64,000 nt of DNA from Lytechinus pictus (lineage: Eukaryota), in NCBI RefSeq assembly GCF_037042905.1, contig NC_087249.1, positions 14,260,001 to 14,324,000 of the forward strand, written 5' to 3'. Under the pieces are notes generated by a model. The model saw only the letters and a program-made list of their open reading frames with translations. It was not told where the DNA came from and searched no databases. The first letter of the stretch is position 1. Each line of letters starts with the position of its first letter. Position numbers and translations under genes: made by a program. Positions 39,601 to 49,700 of the stretch are shown in pieces.

Positions 39601-40322
39601 GACCTCTAAATTTTTAAGGGTAACCAGGCAATGAAGTACCAATAGGATCTCCCCCTTTTACCATCCTAATATATGTGGAGTGATGTTTGTGTCGAATCCT
39701 TTAAAATGGTTTGTGGTTTATGAAATACAAAATATATAGGTACAAGTCTAGCGAATGAATAAATATATTTCATACTGTATCAATCGGTTTTAAAATAGTA
39801 GATTCATGCCCATGCAGTGTAGGCCTATTAAACAGTCACTTTACTCCTGCTTTGGTGAGTATTTTATGTATATAGTCATGATAGCCATGCATGACGGAGT
39901 TGCCACGCCTTCTCTGATCAGACACGGGGCTATCGGGCTGATTTGGAAATACATGTAATGAAATGTATTAAAGCCGGGTGTAAAGCCATGACCCGTTGGG
40001 CGTTTTAGTGAATTAAAAGCAAGAAATAGGTGTGCATTAATCATGCATGAAATAGCCCGCCTTCTCTGATCAAACAACGCATGTGCAAGGGTGTCGGGAG
40101 ACACAAGTTAAAATTAACATATTTAACAAGCCAATGTTATTGGTAAGGCAGATTGAAATTAACCATGCATATAATAACGAACATATTAGTTGAATAGATG
40201 GAGGTTTGTTCAAGCATGTCTAGCCACACCCTTACTAGCAAGGTTGCATGCGTGTTTTCGATCATTAAGCGAATCTGAGACACACGTAGGCATGGTGGGT
40301 GTATCTTGTTCAAATATTGGAT
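36646..40322. repeat. Tandem triplication of a ~1.5-1.6-kb non-coding unit (third copy partial)
   Basis: Anchor ACTTTACTCCTGCTTTGG at ~36744, ~38228 and ~39838, with colinear homology downstream of each. Confidence 0.85.
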
Positions 40323-41520
40323 AAATAATATAAATAATAATAATGTATGTGAAGTTACAAACCCTTTTGGGGGATAAATACTTGTAATGATAATGCAACT
40401 TATATATGCATAGAGCCCACGTATATCCCATCTCTGTCCTATACACATTTTCATATTTTGTCAGAAAACTGCGTGAAACCTATCACATCCCTAGTCATGT
40501 GTGTTATAGCGATATAAAGTAGCCCCTACTTGGTTTATGAACAACAAAACAAATTAATAATCTTACCCGGGAATCCCTCAAGAATTAATCTTCTCAGGAT
40601 GACAGCATATCAGATATGGAACACGGGATGGAACAGTTTGGCATCAAAATGAAGTTGTGTTACATGTATTATTACATAGTGGAAGTGGAAATGAAAGCTT
40701 GTCTTTACGTTTGTTTAACGAAAATATTTTAGGCAGATACCAGTCACAAGAGCCAGACACTTGAGCCAGACATCCCCCCCCCTCTCTCTCTCCCAGCGCG
40801 CGACGGGGAGTTTGTTTAATGTCACCCGCACCGTTCGGCACGCGCATAATGGGACACTAACTAGGAACGATTTTTGTGATAAATACGGCGAACATGTGGT
40901 TGGAAAATTGGTTATATCTCAAGAAAATGCACGTATATGCAGCTAAATTTGGTATCAGTGTAAAGCATGAACTATGACAAAGACCGTCATGGTATTTACA
41001 GCGCAGCAATCGGCAGCAATTTGTAAAATAAATGCTCATGAAAAAAAAAATTGCTAAAACCCCCATCGTCAAATGGTTTCGTCCAACATTACCTCTGAAG
41101 GGATTATCATTATATCTTTAAAATCTTCGTTCACTTAAAACAATCATTTATCAAAGAGCACCGTGAATTAGAAATAAATTCAGCAATTCGTTTTGTTAAA
41201 ACAGTGAAATATATAAAAACGTGTAATTTACACATGCGGTAGCCGTAAAGAGTCATTTTCCGAAAATATTGAATAAAATTGGCAACTAATAATCAACTTC
41301 ATGGAGAAATATTGTATGGAGACATTCTACAGGTTCTTATCTTTGCTTAGAACATGAAAAAAAACAAAATTTGTTTCATGACCAAAAACCAGTTTTGGCG
41401 CACTTTTTCTCTCTCCTGGCCCACTGTGCGGCGGTGGCGTCGTCAACATCAAAATCTTAACCAAGAATGAGTATTTTAAATGTAATTTTACAAATTTATA
41501 GTATACATTATAAGGACTTA

Positions 41521-41677
41521 GTGGAGTAGGTTTCACGGTACACAATGTATCTTTCTTGGACAAGTGTTCGTCCTGAAAAGGACCACCAAAAGTTGGTAGT
41601 GGTCCTTTTAGGTGGTCCTTTTCAGGACCAACACTTGCCCAAGAAAGATATATTGTGTACTGTGAAACCTACTACAC
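41521..41677. mobile_element. Foldback MITE, TA-flanked
   Basis: ~68-bp arms GTGGAGTAGGTTTCACGGTACAC... / ...GTGTACTGTGAAACCTACTACAC. Confidence 0.75.
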
Positions 41678-43650
41678 TATTTTTCTTCGCCATTGAAACC
41701 TTCAGAAGTTACATTAAAAGGACTTATTTCACGAAACATTGGATTAATAGGTGCCACTGATCATTTGGCATGAATATCATGTATATAATCAAGGTCAAAT
41801 GTCATTTGGGGTCAACGTGCTTTTTCTTTGCTGTAATATCATCATCAAATGTTAAGATTTTGATTTTTCAAAACGATTGAAAATTAGATATTATAGTGTA
41901 TAAGATTGGTATAAATTTATGATGACCGTGTCAATGTCCTATACGGTCAATGCACTTAAGCATGTTCTGGTATCAAAATTAACCCCCCCCCCCCCAACTG
42001 CTGGGACCGGATTTACGCCTCTGCTTCCGACCTCCCGGTTGTGAGACCGACGCTCTACCAACAGAGCTTACACACCGGTTTATGATTGTGTAGTCTGTGT
42101 TCCCAAACTACTGACCACTTTATTTCCGCCAGTCCAGGTTCCTCTTAAAACTACAAATCCTATTTAAAACCAAATCCGGCTGCAGCAGCACGGTATTATT
42201 TCCGGATGTTTCCATATCATATTTTTTATCATACGCACACATTAATATTCCAGCACGTGCAGAAAGGAAAACAACATATCAATTTTTGTAGATTCAGTAG
42301 GTGTACATTGCCAGGCAACGTTTATTTGAAATTGTATTGTTATATTTATTTAATTAATTTTTATTGTTCTGCTAATTTTATTCATCTGTTTTTTCTTTCT
42401 TTCTTTTAGATTCATGATATATTGCTTCGAGCAACTGAGCAAGTGTTATAGTTTAATACCACCAATCATCCTGCGTGTAAGAGTGGAGACTACGGCCAAT
42501 ATCGGCTGCAACCAGAACTTTAATCAAACTATTTTTTTTTACAACGCTAGCCTCTATATATCTTTGTCCTTAAACTTCCCTATGATAATTCGTTTACCTT
42601 GTTTATACAGCGCTGTCTATATAACTTTTATACAGTTACTGCATTTAGTGATCAAATATATCAGGGCCCAATATTTTATATCATTATCGAGCCTCATTTT
42701 TCTTTTATTTAGGAGAATATGATTGAAGGTCTCGTCAATACATTTAAAATACATAATGTTTTATTTAATATGAACCAAGATATGACTGATATATCATCGA
42801 GATTTTGTATTTGTAGTAATATGTAACTTACGCATGTATTTGATTGAAGCGTAATAACAAATTACATGATTTCCAGGAGATAACAATTTTATTTCATTAT
42901 GCAGTGTTATATTTCGCCTTACTTCGTAATTGTGATGTTGAAAATTGACATGAAATGAATTTTTTATCAATCAATCAATACAAAGATTATGTCCTAATAT
43001 TTTCATGAAGACTGAAACAGAGTATGAAGAAAGGGGCTTGTGTACACGCAGAAAGACACCTACCCATCATTCCACCCACACACACATCCCCTCCCTCGCA
43101 CATTCGCAAACCCACTCACACATAATACATTACCTCACTCGCACACAAACGCTTTCAAAACACTTCATACACACTATCATTAAGCAGTGTTTATATTTCC
43201 CCTATCTCATTGGTTATGTATTTCGTCGATCAAAAATCTTGGCAATGGACAACTTTCCTTTGGCTATACCTACCGTCGAAATGGCTTCCCTGATTTCAAA
43301 ACTACTTACGTTGAGCACCCCAAAAGGATGTGTTGATGTGTGTGTGAGAGAGAGGTGTGGGAGGGAAGGTGTGTATATTATGAGGGTGTGAAGGTTCGTC
43401 GGGGTGTCGATGTGGAAGGATGAGTAGATGTCTTTCTGCCTGCTTTGTTTGATTCTTGCACAAAGCAACCTGGCACAATTGAGGTTTTACAACCTTCTGG
43501 AGATTGTCTCGTGGTCAGTCATGCATACAAGATCATGGATAATAACATTCATCAATAAATTAATGGGTAAAAGTTCATACTTCAGACAATACAACTTCAA
43601 ACTAATGGTGCATTTATTTTTGACTCGTTGTGTATGAGTATAGATCTTCA

Positions 43651-43915
43651 CATGGCCCTGGGAAGCGGGGGTGCTGAAGCACCCCCAAAGATTTCCTTAA
43701 GGGTGCTGCGTGTATTATTCTCCATAGGCAGCATCCCCAGGTATTCTGGAAGATGTGTAAAAATGTAACTAAAATAAGGTTGTAGAAAACCCTTTTATGT
43801 GCTTTTTAAATTTGTCGGGACTGATTTGACCTCAGTTTTGTAGTGGAAACCCTTTTTTTTTTGCTCTTCAATTTACATCAGCACCCCCACTCAAAAGATC
43901 GTTCCCAGGGCCCTG
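43651..43915 (+). mobile_element. hAT-type MITE
   Basis: TIR CATGGCCCTGGGAA / TTCCCAGGGCCCTG with an exact 8-bp TSD GATCTTCA. Confidence 0.85.
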
Positions 43916-45127
43916 GATCTTCATGAGGACTTTGTGAACAGGCCCATTATTTATTAGCCATAAGTCTTTTTATTCTTATTCACCAATCTACTATTTATTT
44001 TCATTTTGTACACAATCTGTACAAAAGATGAAATTCTTGCTGTCACTACAAACATTGCATTGTCAGATCATGTTCTTTTGTTTGTTTTACAAAAATTAAT
44101 GTGCAACATTAGAAATAATGATATGATAAAAAAATAATGATAATGATAACAATAATAGTGTACTGATAAAGAGTAGTAGTGTTGGTGGGAAAATATTATG
44201 TCGAGGATAAAAATAGAAATGTTAGCACTAATGATATCAATGTTGATGATAAGTAGAATAACAACGGTTAATTACTATTAAATCATATACTGTTAATATG
44301 TATACTGATATAAGTTACATTTAGGTCCTACTCAAGACATCATATTGTACATACGTATTATGTTTCCCCGGTGAAGATCTACTATACCGTGTGAGTAAAA
44401 ACAATGACACCTCACAAAAATAATATGTCCTGAACACTTAATCATTATGATGGCTGAAAAGAGTGCAATTAACGAATCCAGATGTCATAATCCTGCAAGG
44501 GTTGCATTAAAATTTACTGCAAAACACGTTTCCAATTATTAACATGAGAATTGTTTAATGAACACATTTTAGTATCAATGCTCAAGTTAATTTCATTGAA
44601 AATGGATTGGCAAATATCTTTACTAACTCAAGGAGGATTATGATTATCATTGGCATCTGGATTCATTCATTGCAAAATCCATGCCTTTACCTCACAGTAA
44701 CAAATACCACTGGTGTCGATCTGTGACGTCATACTATTCAAGGGGGGGGGGGGTGAAACAATAAATCACCCCCCTTGAACAATAGATTCACAACACAAAT
44801 CGACACCCATGACAAATTCCTCTTGATTATCCAAGCCTTATACCACATAAATATTATATAAAATTAGTTGGGAGAAGATAATCTTTCATGCCATATATAT
44901 AATAAGCATGCGTTCATGACATATTTTTTTCGTTAAACTGGGGATTTGTGAGGTGTCTTTTTTTTTAATTACACGGTAGATCGAAATTTTGACCATTAAA
45001 GGAGAAGGAGAAGCCACGACCGTCTCGTGTAGTCTTTCTTTCACTGTATGAGATCACTCAGAGTGATCGTCAGTGTTTTAAAGCTCTCCGATTTTTTTTC
45101 CTTCATTATATACATAATATATATATA

Positions 45128-45443
45128 CAGTGCGTCCCACAAAAAACGAAACCGAGATTTATCGATGATTTATCATAACTTAATCACAAATAAAATAGAC
45201 AAATGACCTACCATTGTAAAGCTTAGAATATCTTCTTTCATCTGAAATTACTATCTGCATGAGTGAGCAAAAACAATTTGAAGAGGGGATACCAAAAAGT
45301 CATTTGGCGGGCTGTATCTGGGTTTCAAAAAGAAAACCACATTTTTAAAAAGTTCAATATCTGTTCTTTAATTTGATACCTCAATTACAGAAAATGGTCA
45401 AGAAATAAGAAAGTTCTGGTTATTTGAAATAAGGCTTGAATTT
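45128..45443 (+). mobile_element. Truncated Tc1/mariner-type MITE
   Basis: TA|CAGTGCGTCCCACAAAAAACG left end. No matching right end seen. Confidence 0.45.
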
Positions 45444-46338
45444 ATGGAGACCGATGAATCTCACTTAATTGATAGTTTAAAGTTCTCTCTCTGAATGCTT
45501 CAGACACGCTCAATTACGTCCGCGAAATTTGGTTTTTTTGATGACGTGTATAAGTGTACGAGAGACGTGATTGGCTCTCCCACGTCAAGCTCTACTTGCA
45601 TGCAAAACCTGTTGCGAGGGTTCGTTTTCTCCACACTGTCACTGAATACTTCGATCACGAAATGAAAGAAAACCCAGAAGTTTATCTAGATTTTGGATTT
45701 TCAAATGATGATTTTGAAGATGAAGAGAATGATGATGAAGTTTCTAGCTCTAGTGACGTGGATGGAGGTAAATTAGGGGAATTACGTCTTTGATGATGAG
45801 TCGGACGATTCAACTTGCATGCCGATTCGCTACCAACTCATGCAGCTGCTAGTGCTAGCTGCATGAGTTGGTAGCGAATCAGCATGATTGCAAGTTGAAT
45901 TGTCCTTAGTGGTTAAGGCACCGGCATTCAGAGCTGGGGGCCCGGGTTCGATTCCCGGCAGAGACATTTTTTCGGCATTGCCAATTTTTTCCAAAGGGTA
46001 GATAGCTCTGGGGAACCTTGATTTAAGCTACGCCTACCATTGTTCTCTTCATCCATTTCTTCACACACAAAAAAATATATATATAGTCAAACCTGTCCAT
46101 AGTGGACACTCAAGGGAAGCAGCGAAAGTGACCACTATAGACAGGTTGGCGGTCATTTTTTTTAAACAATTGTATGTTATATATATATATATATATAATA
46201 TGTATGTATGTATTTTTTTTTTTTTTTGGGGGGGGGGCAGTAAAGCATTGTTTGATGTACTCCATCTTCGTAGCCATGGTAACCTGCACCCGAAGACCAA
46301 CTAGACAAGTCCCTGCTTGATGACCTTTTGGTGTTTAG

Positions 46339-46510
46339 GGGACGTCCCGTTTACCTCATTGGAAGCGAACCAATCACAGTACTCTTACTCATCTAACGAT
46401 GAAATGAAATGATTTGTCGACACTGCATGCACACTCAGCCAGATATTCAGTTTTATTTCGTCGTTCTATAAGTAGTCAGCGCTGAACTGCCGGTATTTAT
46501 CGGTAGTCAA
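46339..46510 (+). promoter_or_regulatory. Putative promoter of the Sushi-domain gene
   Basis: kappaB-like palindrome GGGACGTCCC (46339-46348), CCAAT (46370) and TATAAGTA (46467), the last ~135 nt upstream of the ATG. Confidence 0.45.
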
Positions 46511-46602
46511 CAAGCTCAATTTTGTGTGATTTTATTCTCGACGTGCACATATTAGATATAAGACGCGGTTTCGTACATCAAAATAATTCACGATATACCA
46601 TC

Positions 46603-46711
46603 ATGGTGGGGAATACTTTAAAACTAGTGTTGGTTGTATATCTTGCTGCTACCGTAGCGGGTTCTGCCTTGGACAGGAACAAGAGACAGTGGGACTCTTT
46701 TGATGATTTGA
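46603..46711 (+). CDS. Sushi gene exon 1 (signal peptide and furin site)
   Basis: MVGNTLKLVLVVYLAATVAGSALDRNKRQWDSFDDL; A|gtaag donor. Confidence 0.8.
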
Positions 46712-49700
46712 GTAAGATTTCATTTTTTTTATAATACCATTTCCTCTTTTCGTTGCTGTCGTTTGAGATCATTGTGTAGCATGTATTATGATGACAATAT
46801 CATATAGATTACAATGTATGGGAATGTCATTATCACTGTCATGGTGGAGGAATTGAAACGACTTTCATTTCATTTTTCTGCTACTTTAATTGCTAGACTC
46901 CCATTATCCCATTACACGAACTCAATGCTTTCAATTTTGCCTTCTCGCTGATGAATATTATAACACAATTAGATAATATAACCCGACATTTCATGTGTTG
47001 TTATATAGGCCTAGTTTTGCCCCCCCCCCCCGACTGATCATCAACTGTAGACATACCAATTCAAGCGCTCTTGCTCGTTCATTCCTTAATGATTTTTTTT
47101 TAAATACATTATTGCTATAAACTGAACAATTAAATTATGTACCAGGCCACGTACATGTCTAGATTTTTGAAATATTTCCATAACCATTTTTTTCCTTCTA
47201 AAGTCTATACAAATCAATGATTAAAAGACCTCGAGAGTGTGTGTTCATTGCATTGTTTCTCTTTTTTTATCCTTCAAGTTAGTATTATGTGGTTCTTTTT
47301 GGTAATAATATTGAAATATTTAACTTGTTTCTCGTTTACATGGCTTGCAGATCCTCATCATGTGATGAATGTATCGATTCTATCTAAGCAAAATAATCAC
47401 TAAGTGCCAAGGTTGCGCCCGGAGTCCATCACTTAATTTCTCTCTTAGCTGATCGCGGTACTCTTATCAATTAGGCCCCTGTTACATCTGAAAGTTTCCT
47501 ACCCGAGACCCGACCGAGTCCACTTGCAACCTTGACTGGATTATTGGTGGATTAGCTTCGCGAACGGACCGAGTCCGAAATGTGGTCTGTTTACATCACA
47601 GCGTTCAGTTCCTCCCCTATCGGTACGGTTTCGAGCGGTATCCGATTGCTGACACCAAAGGGCACTCTCGATCTAGGCTCTGAATAATTTGCGCGCGCTA
47701 ATTGAAGTTGTTTACATTTCGTTATTCTGGAAGCATGCTGATGATCCCAGCAGTCGTTGAAGATATGATCGATTTGAAAAGAATACGTTTAAAGTGCTTC
47801 CTTCTTTCCACTAAAATCAAAGACTCTATCAATCACAATTCACATGTCAAAAGCCGCAAAACATTCGAAGAACGACGGGGCTGGGGAGGGGATAGCGCGC
47901 GCTATGACGTAATTTGACAGCTGGCGAACGGACCGAGATAGGTTTGAAAGCTTGTGTGCGTTTACATCTACGAATCGGTGGACCGGGGCCGGCCCGATAC
48001 CTACCCGAGACTACCTCTTGATGTGGTCTCGGGTAGGTTCGCTAAAAGGTGGCCCGAGGTAGGTTTGGGATGTTTACATCTGATTTCTTTCCGACCCGAG
48101 GTAGGCCCCGGGCCGGACCGAGGTAGGGAATCTCTCAGATGTAACAGGGGTCTATTCACATCATCCACATAATAATTATTTAAGGGCATGCACATTCATA
48201 TAAGCTAGTGATGAATCTGAAATCGTAGATATTATGCATTTACCAAAGTAAAGCTTGAAATAGGCTTTGAATAATTAGTTAATTTATGTTACCTAGATTA
48301 ATACGCAAGGTGCATATTAACTATACTGTTCAATGTTTTATTCAACGCTGTTTACTGTTATGAACCTTACAGTCTTTATTTAAACAAATGTTTAAAATCT
48401 TTATCAACAAAGATCAATTTATAATACTTGTTTTTTCAATAAATTAAGCATGGCTGTTGTTTTATAAAGGGATACACCAGGATGAAAATTTTCATATCTG
48501 AATAAATAGAGTAATATTCACAAAGCAAAATGCTGACAATTTAATCAAAATCGGATAACGAATAATGAAGGACGTTATTGAATTTTAAAGTTTAGCAATA
48601 TTAGTGGAAACAGTTACATGCACGTCGTCATGAATGTTCTAAAGGTAGGCAGATGATGTCACATCCCCTTTTTCTTACGTTATTAAATTGAATCACAGTT
48701 GTTTTATTTTTTCATTCATGTGTGAATGATAATGTCTCCATTATTATTGAAATAAGTTGCAGCAATAAAAATCTAATGCACTTCAATCCAGTTTTTTTTT
48801 TAGTTCTTCGTAGAAAAAATTGAATAACCCAAATTTCATATAATAAAATACGAAATGACAAGTGGGGATATGATATCAGATTGCTCATTGAATATTCATG
48901 AAGACATGCCTAGAACTGTTTCATCGGAATACGCAAATCTTTCAAATGCCAGTGTCTTTTGTTATTCCTTGTCCGATTTTAATCAAATTTCCAGTGATTT
49001 GTTTGTATGATTTTTTTTTATCTGTTCAAATTTATTTTCAGACTTGACTATCCCTTTAGAGTTTTAAATAGCGTAGCGTTTACATTTTAAACAGGGTTTT
49101 TAGTACTGTGTAACTCTTAAATCATCATTAACGTCCGAAGAAAAGTAAGGATGACGAAAAGTTATTTGGACGTAAATAAGGTTGATTTACATGTATTTCA
49201 TCGAATTGCCCAAAGTATATGGGATTAAAATAGTTTCATGTACGTATAGATTTACCTTTGCTTTGATTTCAATTCTGAAGCATCCGATTTTCATCAAATT
49301 ATCTTATTAAATAAAAAAAAACATTAAGTGTTTTAATAATTGCGTGTATTATTGCATGCATGCTTTCATGTAAACTGATTGTAATTCAGCCATTCGGCTC
49401 TACGTTATTTTTAAAACAGATAAACAATTATTCAATAACATTTGGGGAAAGCTGCAATTATGCATGTGTTTAACTTCATATTTTCCCAACACAACAGCAA
49501 ACAACTTGGGCCCGTATGGCCACTGTGGAAAGCCGACCATGTCGATACCAAACGGTGGCATAAAGATCCTCCCTATATATGACTTTGACGACGTTAACGA
49601 TAACTCGTGTCTTACCGGAAGTGCAACTCTGTGCGAACCGAAGTTCTACTGCGACCCTGGTTATGATGTGAACGGCAACATCCACCTTGAATGTGTGGAG

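Larger units (their letters stand above)
28631..42451 (+). pseudogene. DHRS11: DHRS11-like paralogue C: exons 4-7 only, frameshifted
   Basis: Exon 4 at 28631-28751 (YCGTK, intact). Exon 5 at 29290-29381 (92 nt, with a 2-nt insertion and TAA at the conserved Tyr). Exon 6 at 31905-31970 (intact). Exon 7 at 42410-42451 (IHDILLRATEQVL*). No exons 1-3 found between 21.4 and 28.6 kb. Confidence 0.82.

Noticed and set aside
40562-40810. Possible minus-strand first exon (strong donor at 40562-40566, CpG-rich upstream)
   Set aside because: No ORF and no partner exon could be identified from sequence alone.
45554-45793. Acidic 79-aa ORF
   Set aside because: No recognisable domain or splice support. 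It lies among TE fragments.
49132-49175. Second hammerhead-like string (ACGTCC GAAGA...GAAA...GGACGT)
   Set aside because: The core and stem II are too degenerate to support.
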